This document shows, piece after piece, positions 40,807-49,275 of a DNA stretch of 64,000 nt. Made by a program: the position numbers and the translations under genes. The stretch covers positions 19,782-83,781 of the forward strand of contig JAGCYI010000219.1 in the NCBI GenBank assembly GCA_017960885.1, in the 5' to 3' direction. How positions within the stretch are numbered: position 1 is the stretch's first letter; every line of letters begins with the position of its first letter. The DNA is from Bacteroidales bacterium (lineage in GTDB: Bacteria; Bacteroidota; Bacteroidia; Bacteroidales; UBA3824). Below the pieces are notes generated by a model. That model did no database searches, had not been told where the DNA came from, and worked only from the letters and a program-made list of their open reading frames with translations.

Positions 40807-42365
40807 TTTTTGTCACATCCAATTCCGCTGAGCCAAAGTCCGAGGGCGGTGAGAGCGCCGTTGAGCAGGAGGAGTTCGTAACCCATTTTGTAGCCATTGA
40901 ACCAGGCTTCGCTGTTGAGACTGATTACAAGGCAGATAAGGGGCGAGAGTATGCAGATAATCGGCACAAGACGGTCGCGGACAGGGCGTTTTGAATATAG
41001 TCCGTAAAAATACAATCCGAGCAATGGTCCGTAGGTGTAACTTGCCACCACGTAAACCGCCTCAATCACGCTGGTGCTGCCTATCGCCTTAAAAAGATAG
41101 ATTATCACACCCATCACCACGGCGTTGATAATGTGGACACGCTGACGGGTGCGTTTCAACGAGGCATCGTCGCCTTTGGTGTCGGCACGGAGAATGTCGA
41201 TGGTTACCGATGTGGTGAGAGCCGTTACCGCGCTTCCTGCCGAGGAGAACGCCGCAGCCACCAATCCCAAAATAAACAAAACACCTACCGCAGCAGGCAA
41301 GAATGGCACTCCGTCGGCACCTGTGGCAGTGGCGAGATAGGGAAAAAGTTCGTCGCTTTTGAGAGCGTTGCCCTGAATGTCGGTGAGTGCGCCGTTGGCA
41401 AAAAGTCCGAGTTGAGCGGCGTAGTTGTAGAGCAATATTCCAAGCGCAAGAAACAAGAGGTTAACTGGCAGAAAACCAAATCCGTAACTGATAACATTCT
41501 TTTGGGCGTCTTTGAGAGTGCGGCAAGAGAGGTTTTTCTGCATCATATCCTGATCCAATCCCGTCATTGCAATGGTGGTGAACATTCCGGCAAGAAACTG
41601 TTTGAAAAAGAAGCGTTTATCGTTGTAATCAGAGAAGAACCAAGTGTCAGACATTTTGCTTGACGCAATCGACGAGCACAGGCTGCTCAAATCCAATCCC
41701 ATCTGCTTGCAAACAAAGTAGATACATAGCACCACTGCGGCAATTAGCGAGAGAGTTTGCAGCATATCAGTCCACACAAGGGTTTTAACACCTCCACGAA
41801 ACGTGTAAAGCCACACAATTATCATTGTTACAGCCACATTGAGCGCAAAAGGCACTCCAATCTGATTAAAAAGCACCAACTGCAACACTATTGCCGTAAG
41901 GTACATTCTAACGCCGCATCCCAAAAACTTGGAAATCAAGAAGAAAACCGCGCCAATGCGGTAACTCCCGTGTCCAAAACGCTGGTCTAAATAGGTGTAG
42001 ATGCTCTGCAAATTGAGTTTGTAATAGAGCGGCAACAGCACGTAGGCAATGGCAAAATATCCTGCCACAAAGCCGAGAACCATCTGGATATAACTGAATT
42101 GCGACCCCGCCACCATTCCCGGCACGGAGATAAACGTTACACCCGAAATACTTGTGCCAATCATTGCGATAGCCACAATGTACCACGGCGACTGTCGCGA
42201 GCCGGTGAAAAAAGCCTTGTTGTCGTTGCCCGATTTGCGGCTGGTGTAGACGCTCACGGCAAAAATCATTGCAAAATAGAGAAATATGATGAATAAAATC
42301 AGAATTGGTGACATAACAACATAATAAAAAACAGCCGCCGTATAGCGGCTGTTGAAAACAATCAA
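40803..42365 (-). CDS. sodium:solute symporter family transporter
   Basis: 520 aa, about 13 TM helices, SSF-type N-terminal block. 4-bp overlap with the GT2 gene. Confidence 0.8.
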   Translation of the reverse strand: MIVFNSRYTAAVFYYVVMSPILILFIIFLYFAMIFAVSVYTSRKSGNDNKAFFTGSRQSPWYIVAIAMIGTSISGVTFISVPGMVAGSQFSYIQMVLGFVAGYFAIAYVLLPLYYKLNLQSIYTYLDQRFGHGSYRIGAVFFLISKFLGCGVRMYLTAIVLQLVLFNQIGVPFALNVAVTMIIVWLYTFRGGVKTLVWTDMLQTLSLIAAVVLCIYFVCKQMGLDLSSLCSSIASSKMSDTWFFSDYNDKRFFFKQFLAGMFTTIAMTGLDQDMMQKNLSCRTLKDAQKNVISYGFGFLPVNLLFLALGILLYNYAAQLGLFANGALTDIQGNALKSDELFPYLATATGADGVPFLPAAVGVLFILGLVAAAFSSAGSAVTALTTSVTIDILRADTKGDDASLKRTRQRVHIINAVVMGVIIYLFKAIGSTSVIEAVYVVASYTYGPLLGLYFYGLYSKRPVRDRLVPIICILSPLICLVISLNSEAWFNGYKMGYELLLLNGALTALGLWLSGIGCDKK

Positions 42366-42379
42366 TAGATATTAATCAA

Positions 42380-43744
42380 TTAAATAATATGTTCAAGTTT
42401 AGAAGTGGTCTTGTCGATTTCTTCTTGTGGGAGAATGAAATTGGTGAGGTCGCCTGAGAGATACTGGTCGTAGGCGGTCATATCGATAAGTCCGTGTCCC
42501 GAAAGGTTAAACAAAATGGTCTTGCCTTTGCCTTCCTCTTTACATTGTTTTGCAAGGCGGATGGTGGCGGCGATGGCGTGAGCCGATTCGGGAGCAGGGA
42601 TAATACCCTCGGCCTGTGCAAAAAGACTTGCGGCTTGGAACGATTCTAACTGAGGAATGTCAACGCCTTTCATATAACCGTCTTTGAGCAACTGGCTTAC
42701 GATTGTGCCTGCGCCGTGGTAGCGGAGACCGCCTGCGTGGATATGAGCCGGAGCAAAATCGTGTCCAAGGGTAAACATCGGCAACAGAGGAGTATAGCCA
42801 ACCTCGTCGCCAAAATCGTATTGGAACACGCCGCGGGTCAATTTGGGACAAGCAGCAGGTTCGGCAGCGATAAACTCGGTTGTCTTGCCTTCGAGAATAT
42901 TGTGACGCATAAAGGGGAACGAGATTCCGCTGAAATTGCTACCACCGCCAAAACAGCCCACAACAATGTCGGGATATTCGCCCGCCATAGCCATCTGTTT
43001 TTCGGCTTCGAGACCGATAACTGTTTGATGCAGCGAAACGTGGTTCAACACGCTACCAAGCACATACTTGCAGTTGGGAGTCTGCATAGCAAGTTCCACA
43101 GCCTCCGAAATTGCTGTTCCGAGACTTCCCTGATAGTTGGGATTGGCAGTGATAATGTCCTTGCCGGCACGGGTACCCATACTTGGAGATGCTACCACCT
43201 GAGCACCGTAGGTCTGCATAATTAAGCGACGGTAGGGTTTTTGGTTGTAACTGATTTTCACCATAAACACAGCGAGTTCAAGGCCAAACACCTTGGCAGC
43301 GTACGACAGAGCCGCACCCCACTGACCTGCGCCGGTTTCGGTGGTAATATTGGTAACGCCCTCTTTTTTGCAGTAATAAGCCTGAGCAAGAGCCGAATTG
43401 AGTTTGTGGCTACCCACGGGACTCACGCTCTCGTTTTTGAAATAGATATGAGCGGGAGTGTCGAGAGCCTTCTCCAAACCGTAAGCACGCACGAGCGGAG
43501 TAGAACGGTAGTTTTTGTACTGGTTGCGCACGGGTTCGGGGATGTCGATCCACTGGTGGGTAGAGTCGAGTTCCTGTTCGGAGCAACCGCGAGCAAAGAG
43601 CGCCGACAGTTCGTCAACGGTTATAGGCTTGCGAGTCTGCGGGTTGAGCATAGGCAGGGGTTTGTTTTTCATATCTGCCACGATATTGTACCACTGGGTG
43701 GGGATATCCTTCTCTTGGAGGAAAAAACGTTTTTGACTTTCCAT
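42380..43744 (-). CDS. TrpB2-type (TrpB-like) PLP-dependent tryptophan synthase beta subunit
   Basis: 454 aa, the long TrpB2 form. PLP-lysine block VGSHKLNSA and GGGSNFSG phosphate loop. No trpA or other trp genes nearby. Confidence 0.85.
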   Translation of the reverse strand: MESQKRFFLQEKDIPTQWYNIVADMKNKPLPMLNPQTRKPITVDELSALFARGCSEQELDSTHQWIDIPEPVRNQYKNYRSTPLVRAYGLEKALDTPAHIYFKNESVSPVGSHKLNSALAQAYYCKKEGVTNITTETGAGQWGAALSYAAKVFGLELAVFMVKISYNQKPYRRLIMQTYGAQVVASPSMGTRAGKDIITANPNYQGSLGTAISEAVELAMQTPNCKYVLGSVLNHVSLHQTVIGLEAEKQMAMAGEYPDIVVGCFGGGSNFSGISFPFMRHNILEGKTTEFIAAEPAACPKLTRGVFQYDFGDEVGYTPLLPMFTLGHDFAPAHIHAGGLRYHGAGTIVSQLLKDGYMKGVDIPQLESFQAASLFAQAEGIIPAPESAHAIAATIRLAKQCKEEGKGKTILFNLSGHGLIDMTAYDQYLSGDLTNFILPQEEIDKTTSKLEHII

Positions 43745-43779
43745 AATAATGTGTCGTTAATGTTAAAATATTCGTGAGC

Positions 43780-43787
43780 CAAAAGTA
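43780..43787 (-). promoter_or_regulatory. candidate -7 promoter box (TACTTTTG on the minus strand) for the trpB2 operon
   Basis: Exact TAnnTTTG match, 36 bp upstream of the ATG at 43744. Confidence 0.4.
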
Positions 43788-43876
43788 AAGATATTTTTGA
43801 AAAGAACAAGAATGATTTTAGAATGAAATTATCGAAAAAATCAATAAATAAAATGTAAACCGTAATAGACACAACC

Positions 43877-43948
43877 GTCCAAATCTGCAAAAAAAATCGA
43901 GATTTGGACGGGTATCAAAAACGATAGCCATCCAAATCTGCAAAAAAA
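43877..43948. repeat. 10-bp-stem inverted repeat plus an 18-nt direct repeat
   Basis: gtccaaatct (43877-43886) pairs with agatttggac (43900-43909). tccaaatctgcaaaaaaa occurs at 43878-43895 and 43931-43948. Confidence 0.85.
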
Positions 43949-43973
43949 CGAGGAATTGAATGTAAATTATAAT

Positions 43974-44030
43974 AAACATTTTGCGATTTTCGACAAAAAC
44001 GGCTAAAAACATTTTGCGATTTTCGACAAA
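43974..44030. repeat. 24-nt direct repeat, two copies, period 33
   Basis: aaacattttgcgattttcgacaaa occurs at 43974-43997 and 44007-44030. Confidence 0.9.
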
Positions 44031-44070
44031 TCGGGTCTACAAGGTATTGTAAAGGGTCTTTTTAGGGCGA

Positions 44071-44206
44071 TAAAATTATAAGTCCGAAAAAGTGTAATTT
44101 TTCGCAAATTTATGTCCGAAAAAATGTAAAAATCTGAGATTTTATGTCCGAAAAAATGTAAATTTTCAGAAATTTATGTCCGAAAAAGTGTAATTTTCAA
44201 ACATAA
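44071..44206. repeat. four tandem units with an exact 32-bp period (iteron-like array)
   Basis: Core tatgtccgaaaaa(a/g)tgtaa(a/t)(a/t)(a/t)t(c/t) starts at 44111, 44143 and 44175, and as taagtccg... at 44079. The remaining roughly 8 nt of each unit vary. Confidence 0.9.
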
Positions 44207-44250
44207 CTATCTTTTATTCAATATATTACTTTATCGCAGAGAAAATCACA

Positions 44251-44321
44251 TTTTTACTCCACCACCTTCACCTCTGTTCTTCGGTTTTTAGCGCGGTTTT
44301 CGGGGGTGTCGTTGGGGGCGG
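44251..44321. repeat. 71-nt direct repeat, left copy (duplicate of the OmpA-family gene 3' end)
   Basis: Identical to 45237-45307 except one base (a at 44290, t at 45276). Confidence 0.95.
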
Positions 44322-44473
44322 AAAATAAATCTCGGTGCCAATTTTTACGGATTATTAAATTAAATACTTAATTTACAGAGTATTAAACTATCACCAAATA
44401 AAACAAATAAAACGAAGATTCTTGATCCTACAAATAAATTTTGCACGAAGTTGATTATTTTTGAGGAAATGAG

Positions 44474-44481
44474 TATATTTG
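44474..44481 (+). promoter_or_regulatory. candidate -7 promoter box (TATATTTG) for the TA operon
   Basis: Exact TAnnTTTG match, 18 bp upstream of the in-frame ATG at 44499. Confidence 0.4.
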
Positions 44482-44498
44482 CAAAAAAACAAATTGAT

Positions 44499-44819
44499 AT
44501 GGAACTTACTGCGACAAATAACAAGAGGACTAAGAGCCATAAAAGCGGTGGCAAAGTTAAGACTTTGGCTTTATCATTCGACCCTGCTAACAAGGCCGCA
44601 AACGCAATAATCAAAATGATAGAAAGTTGCGGATTATTTGATGTTTTACAAGAAGAAAATATCAACGAAACAAGCAAGCCGACAACTGATGCCAATCTCC
44701 ACAACTCTGACGAACCTTCTGCTGTATGGTGCGGCGACATTTTCCCCGACACTAACGAATTTATCGGAATGATAAAAGGATCAAGACAATTCAGAAACAA
44801 GGATATTGACCTACTATGA
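44499..44819 (+). CDS. putative antitoxin of the PIN toxin (no recognisable DNA-binding fold)
   Basis: ATGA stop/start overlap with the PIN gene. Start uncertain among 44451, 44469 and 44499. I chose 44499 because the promoter-like box lies inside the longer ORF. Confidence 0.55.
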   Translation: MELTATNNKRTKSHKSGGKVKTLALSFDPANKAANAIIKMIESCGLFDVLQEENINETSKPTTDANLHNSDEPSAVWCGDIFPDTNEFIGMIKGSRQFRNKDIDLL

Positions 44820-45226
44820 AATACCTATTAGACACTAATATCTGCATTTTTTGGCTACGGAAACAACAAACCATTGTTGAAAAAATTCTTAATATCGGTT
44901 TGGCTAATTGTTGCATCAGCGAAATAACCTTTGCCGAATTATTGTTTGGGGAAGAACTGGCGATAATGAAAGGCGGCAACAAATACAAGAAACAGCCATT
45001 GCAAGAATTTCTGAGCAAAGTAAGTATTATTCCTATCAAACCTGCCATAGAACTGTACGCCAAAGAAAAAGCCCGGCTTCAATGCGCAGGCACTCATATT
45101 ACCGACGATTTCGACTTACTTATAGCCTGTACATCAATAACTAACAACTTAATTTTGATTACTGACAATACCAAGCATTTTAAAAATGTTACAGGCATAC
45201 AGTTGGAGAACTGGATGGTCAGATAA
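44816..45226 (+). CDS. vapC: type II toxin, PIN-domain ribonuclease (VapC family)
   Basis: 136 aa. Acidic quartet in the expected spacing: LLDTN (D6), SEIT (E37), DDFDLLIA and LITDN. Confidence 0.85.
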   Translation: MKYLLDTNICIFWLRKQQTIVEKILNIGLANCCISEITFAELLFGEELAIMKGGNKYKKQPLQEFLSKVSIIPIKPAIELYAKEKARLQCAGTHITDDFDLLIACTSITNNLILITDNTKHFKNVTGIQLENWMVR

Positions 45227-45236
45227 TCTGTACACC

Positions 45237-45307
45237 TTTTTACTCCACCACCTTCACCTCTGTTCTTCGGTTTTTTGCGCGGTTTTCGGGGGTGTCGTTG
45301 GGGGCGG
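45237..45307. repeat. 71-nt direct repeat, right copy (functional 3' end of the OmpA-family gene)
   Basis: Covers 3 nt past the stop, the stop codon and the last 65 coding nt of 45240..47192(-). Confidence 0.95.
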
Positions 45308-47192
45308 CGGGAGAGGATGAACCGTAGCCGCGGCTGGTGAGGCGGGCGGGGGCAATACCTTTGGATATCAAGTAGGTAACTATCGAGTTGGCACGGTTTT
45401 GACTCAAAAGACGGTTGTGCTGCTCAGAGCCGGTGTTGTCGGTGTGTCCGCCTATCTCTATCTTGATTTTCGGATTGTCGTTGAGGAATTTTATCAAGCG
45501 TCCCAACTCGTAGTCGGATTCGCGGCGGAGGTCGTACTTGTCGGTTTCAAAAAATATGTTGTTGAGCACGATGGTGGTGCCGGCGGTGATTTTTTCCATC
45601 GGAACATCAATGTCGAAACGCTCCACACCGTCGGGAATATCTTTTAGCGAAAAATGCTTTGAGTTCATCATATATCCGTCTGCCGAAACATTGAGTGCAT
45701 AGTCGTAACCTATTGGAAGATAGAGAAGTATATTCACTTGCTTGGGTTCGGTAAAGGCGGTTTGGAGAGTGTCGCCGGTGTTGATGTTTACCAATTGGAA
45801 CTGCGATTTCAAAGGCTCTTTGGTGGCGTTGTCGTATACCGTTCCCTGAACAAAGATAGTGCGATGTGGCTGCAAGGGCTGCGGAAGGGAGATTTCATAA
45901 AGGTCGATGCTGGTTTCGCCCGTGAGAGCGGTGTCGCGGTTGCTGGCGATTATGGCGGTGCTGCCAAACACAGGCACGGCAAGGCGGGTTTCGTCGAAAC
46001 GGGTGTTGATGGGATAACCAAGATTCTTTGGCTCGGTCCATTTGCCATTAACATTGTGAGTTACAAAAATATCCTGACCGCCCATTCCCACGCGGGCATC
46101 AGTGCAGAAATAGAGGGTTGAGTTGTCGGCGTGAATAAAGGGCGAGGTTTCGTTGCCCGAGGTGTTGATTTCGGGACCAAGGTTGAAAGGTCCGTTCCAA
46201 GTGCCGTTGTCGTTGCGGGTGCAGTACCAAATGTCTTTTCCGCCGAATCCGCCCTGACGGTTGCTCACAAAGTAGAGCGTGCGGTTGTCGGCAGAGAGGC
46301 ACGGCTGCGACTCCCAATATTCGGAGTTGACCGGCGACGCCATTTTTTTGGGGAAACCGTAATTTGGGGCTTGGTCGAGTTCCACATAATAGATGTCGCA
46401 ACAGCGGATAAGGCCGTCGGGACAGGTGCAACTGGTGTACAAGAGTTTAGAACCGTCGGCAGTGATAAAGGGCGCACCCTCGTTGTTCATAGTGTTTACC
46501 GCCGCGCCGATGCTACGGGCCTGCTGCCACGGCGAATGTGGGTCGTTGCGATAGGTGATAAAGATATCTTCCTGAGTGTAAGGCAACAAGGGGTTGTTCT
46601 TGGTCTGCGGAAGTTCAATGGTGTAGACGAGAGTCTGAGCGTCGGCAGATAGTGCTGGGAAATAGTCGTTGTATACGGTGTTGACTTTTCCGCCAAGATG
46701 TTTTGGCTTGATATCCAACGGATTGGCAAGTGCGTGAATGCGGAATTTTGCGTTTTCGATATTTTTCTGTACACGGTTGCGATGCTGTTCGGCAATACGC
46801 GGCATAGCCAAAATCTGGTTGTAATAAGCCACCGCCGAATCGTTTTGATAATCAAGGTAAAAGGCGTCGGCAATACCGAGAATGGTGTTTTCGTCGCCGG
46901 GACGGAGTTTCAACGCCTGCTTCAATACTGGCACCTCGTCGGCAAACTTCATCTGGCTGTGGGCAATGTCGGCTTTGAGCCACAACGCCTCCACAAACTT
47001 TGGATCCATCTTAAAAGCCTTGTCGGCAAGAGCATCCGCCTCGTCGAAACTCTCAGCACGGAATTTTGACATCGCCTGCTCAAAGGTCTGGATGGCTTTT
47101 TTGTTGGAGGTGGAGTACTGGGCGGAGGTGGTCAACGGCAAAACCATAGCCCACAAAAACGCATATATAAATAGGTGTCGCATAATTTTCAA
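45240..47192 (-). CDS. OmpA-family protein with TPR and TolB-like (PD40/WD40-like) beta-propeller repeats
   Basis: Signal peptide and TPR segment. Repeated 'EGAPFITADGSKLLYTS / ESQPCLSADNRTLYFVS / ETSPFIHADNSTLYF' blades. C-terminal OmpA domain GHTDNTGSEQHNRLLSQNRA...NRRTEV. Confidence 0.9.
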   Translation of the reverse strand: MKIMRHLFIYAFLWAMVLPLTTSAQYSTSNKKAIQTFEQAMSKFRAESFDEADALADKAFKMDPKFVEALWLKADIAHSQMKFADEVPVLKQALKLRPGDENTILGIADAFYLDYQNDSAVAYYNQILAMPRIAEQHRNRVQKNIENAKFRIHALANPLDIKPKHLGGKVNTVYNDYFPALSADAQTLVYTIELPQTKNNPLLPYTQEDIFITYRNDPHSPWQQARSIGAAVNTMNNEGAPFITADGSKLLYTSCTCPDGLIRCCDIYYVELDQAPNYGFPKKMASPVNSEYWESQPCLSADNRTLYFVSNRQGGFGGKDIWYCTRNDNGTWNGPFNLGPEINTSGNETSPFIHADNSTLYFCTDARVGMGGQDIFVTHNVNGKWTEPKNLGYPINTRFDETRLAVPVFGSTAIIASNRDTALTGETSIDLYEISLPQPLQPHRTIFVQGTVYDNATKEPLKSQFQLVNINTGDTLQTAFTEPKQVNILLYLPIGYDYALNVSADGYMMNSKHFSLKDIPDGVERFDIDVPMEKITAGTTIVLNNIFFETDKYDLRRESDYELGRLIKFLNDNPKIKIEIGGHTDNTGSEQHNRLLSQNRANSIVTYLISKGIAPARLTSRGYGSSSPAAPNDTPENRAKNRRTEVKVVE

Positions 47193-47259
47193 CTTTAATC
47201 TAAATTGTTATACTGGTTGCAATATTACAAAAAATATCTGAACATCGCGACCATCATCC

Positions 47260-48903
47260 TCAATATTCCATCACCTCATTAATCGTTTTACCTGAGCAAT
47301 AATCTGGGGCGCAGATGCTTAGGAGGGTGGCGAGCGTGGGGGTGATGTCGGTGATGCTGATGCGGCGGTTGACGGTTTTGCGGCGGATGTTTTTGCCAAA
47401 GAATACCAAGGGAACGTGCGTGTCGTGGTTGTAGGGCGAGTTTTGAGCCGACACCGAATACTCTTGCGATGTTTCGGTTACCTCCTGCCATCCGGGGGCA
47501 AAGTTGAGAACGATGTCGCCCGACTTGTCGCTACAAAACGAGTTCTGCGCCTGCTGCCAAATGCCGCTTGTGTAATTGCTTGTAAGAAACGACGATGCGG
47601 GCATAGCGTTGTCGATACCCGAAAACTCCATCATCAACTGCGCCGCCATATTCTGCACTTCCGACAGTTTGAGTTTTTTGCTCTCTATCACGGTCTGATT
47701 CAGGTAGATATTGCGGCGATGATAACGGTCGATCCATTTTGCCTGTCCGTAAAGCGCACTCAGATACGAATTTAGCACAGCCACATTGCTGTTGCAGTTG
47801 ATCTGGTTGCCGGGGATTCCTATTTCGTTGAGAAACGTGGGGCAATCTGACGAACCACGGTCGGCGGTGAGAAACACCACATAATCGTCGTGACCAATGT
47901 ACTTGTCGAGTTTTTCAAGCACTTTGGCAATCTCGGTGTCCAAACGCAGATACACATCCTCCAACTCAATGGAGCGTATTCCGTAAGCGTCGCTCACGTA
48001 TCCCGGCACGGCGTAATTAATCAACAGAAGGTCGGGAAACTCGTCGCCGCCAAGATTCTCGCTTTCAATGGCTTGCAAAGCAAACTCAGTGGTAAGGCTG
48101 TTGCCGTGCGGGGTGTAGCGCATTACGGCGTAACCCATATTCTGTTTCAACTTGTCGAGGTTGTAGGGGAAAGTGGTCTGTCCGCCCACGCCAATCTCGT
48201 AGACACTGTTGTCGGGCAGACTCTCGATATACTGCTTGATACTTTTGATAGTGTACCAACCTTTGTAGATATATTCGTCGGGAAGTTTTCTATTGTTAAA
48301 ATCCATTACCCATTGCGGCAAAACACCTGTGTAATAAGAATTTGTGATAAAATTACCCGTACTATCATCTAACCAATACACACCATCGGCAAGACGTCCC
48401 GCCGAAAGAATTGCGCTCCTATGGTTTAGCGACACGGATATCACCTTTGAGCGTTTGAAAGTGGCAAGTTTCATCTCGTCGCCAAGGGTTGTGCCGCGCA
48501 GTTGCAGTGGAGACGACGCTCCTGTGCTGCTCGAACCACCTATGGCAGTGTAGTTTTTGTCGCCGACAGCGGTCTGCACCTTGCGTTCAAGACGCTGATA
48601 CCACGAGTTGGCAATAATGCCGTGGCTGCAAGGGTTGGCGCCGGTGTAGATAGTGGCAAAACCGGGAGCCGACTCGGTTACAAGATATTCGTAATGGGCG
48701 TTGGTACAGTTAGTTCCACTGCTGATAAGGCGCTTAAAACCGTTTTCACCCATATGGCGTCCATAGCGATAGAGGCAGTCGTAACGCATTTGGTCGATAA
48801 CGATGCCCACAACGATACGCGGTTCTTTTTGCAATTGCGCCGATGATGACACCGACAAAAATAAGTTCAGGAGAAGGATAATAAAAAAACTTTTAGATAA
48901 CAT
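47260..48903 (-). CDS. alkaline phosphatase / nucleotide pyrophosphatase family protein (PafA-like)
   Basis: 547 aa. Signal peptide, VGIVIDQMRYD metal-site block, TADRGS and C-terminal HDTHVPLVFFG. Confidence 0.8.
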   Translation of the reverse strand: MLSKSFFIILLLNLFLSVSSSAQLQKEPRIVVGIVIDQMRYDCLYRYGRHMGENGFKRLISSGTNCTNAHYEYLVTESAPGFATIYTGANPCSHGIIANSWYQRLERKVQTAVGDKNYTAIGGSSSTGASSPLQLRGTTLGDEMKLATFKRSKVISVSLNHRSAILSAGRLADGVYWLDDSTGNFITNSYYTGVLPQWVMDFNNRKLPDEYIYKGWYTIKSIKQYIESLPDNSVYEIGVGGQTTFPYNLDKLKQNMGYAVMRYTPHGNSLTTEFALQAIESENLGGDEFPDLLLINYAVPGYVSDAYGIRSIELEDVYLRLDTEIAKVLEKLDKYIGHDDYVVFLTADRGSSDCPTFLNEIGIPGNQINCNSNVAVLNSYLSALYGQAKWIDRYHRRNIYLNQTVIESKKLKLSEVQNMAAQLMMEFSGIDNAMPASSFLTSNYTSGIWQQAQNSFCSDKSGDIVLNFAPGWQEVTETSQEYSVSAQNSPYNHDTHVPLVFFGKNIRRKTVNRRISITDITPTLATLLSICAPDYCSGKTINEVMEY

Positions 48904-48954
48904 TTTTGGGGTTATTACGTGTTAGAATCTTCGGTTTCAAAGATAAATTTTGAA

Positions 48955-49275
48955 TCAAACTATCGAAAAACTTATCCTCTTGCCAAGACTATGGAAAATA
49001 TTCAATAGCGACGACAACTGAATATCAAGGTTGCCGTTCTCTATTTTGGAAATAACGCTTTTTTCAGTTCCCAATTTAAGGGCAAATTCTTCCTGCGAAA
49101 GGCCTGCCGAAGCACGTTCGTCTTTGAGACATTCTGCCAAGCAATACATCTCAGCATCAGACTCAAATTTTTCGCGTGCAGGTTCGCCACGTTTGCCATA
49201 CTCGATTTCTAGTAGTTGTTCAAAATCGGTACATTCCATAAGTTTTTCGCGTTGTTTCTCAGTTAATTCTGCCAT
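48955..49275 (-). CDS. higA: XRE-family HTH antitoxin (HigA-like)
   Basis: GLSQEEFALKLGTEKSVISKIENG helix-turn-helix. Lies downstream of, and overlaps by 17 bp, the RelE/Gp49-type toxin gene. Confidence 0.75.
   Translation of the reverse strand: MAELTEKQREKLMECTDFEQLLEIEYGKRGEPAREKFESDAEMYCLAECLKDERASAGLSQEEFALKLGTEKSVISKIENGNLDIQLSSLLNIFHSLGKRISFSIV

Larger units (their letters stand above)
44251..45307. mobile_element. putative mini genomic island: toxin-antitoxin cassette bracketed by 71-nt direct repeats (att-like), no recombinase inside
   Basis: The direct repeats are 986 bp apart. The interior is clearly AT-rich: 44821-44880 has 20 G+C of 60, against 44 of 60 in 45301-45360. It carries only the PIN TA pair. 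Confidence 0.4.

Noticed and set aside
44071-44206. The 4 x 32-bp repeat array as a CRISPR array
   Set aside because: The conserved core (about 24 nt) is separated by only about 8 variable nt, so there are no spacer-sized unique segments. There are only four units, no cas genes in the window, and the variable parts are themselves related.
44360-44800. 146-aa hydrophobic ORF antisense to the putative antitoxin
   Set aside because: The plus-strand ORF has the canonical ATGA coupling to the PIN toxin and a promoter-like box. The antisense ORF has no start context and no partner. I kept it as a caveat in the findings.
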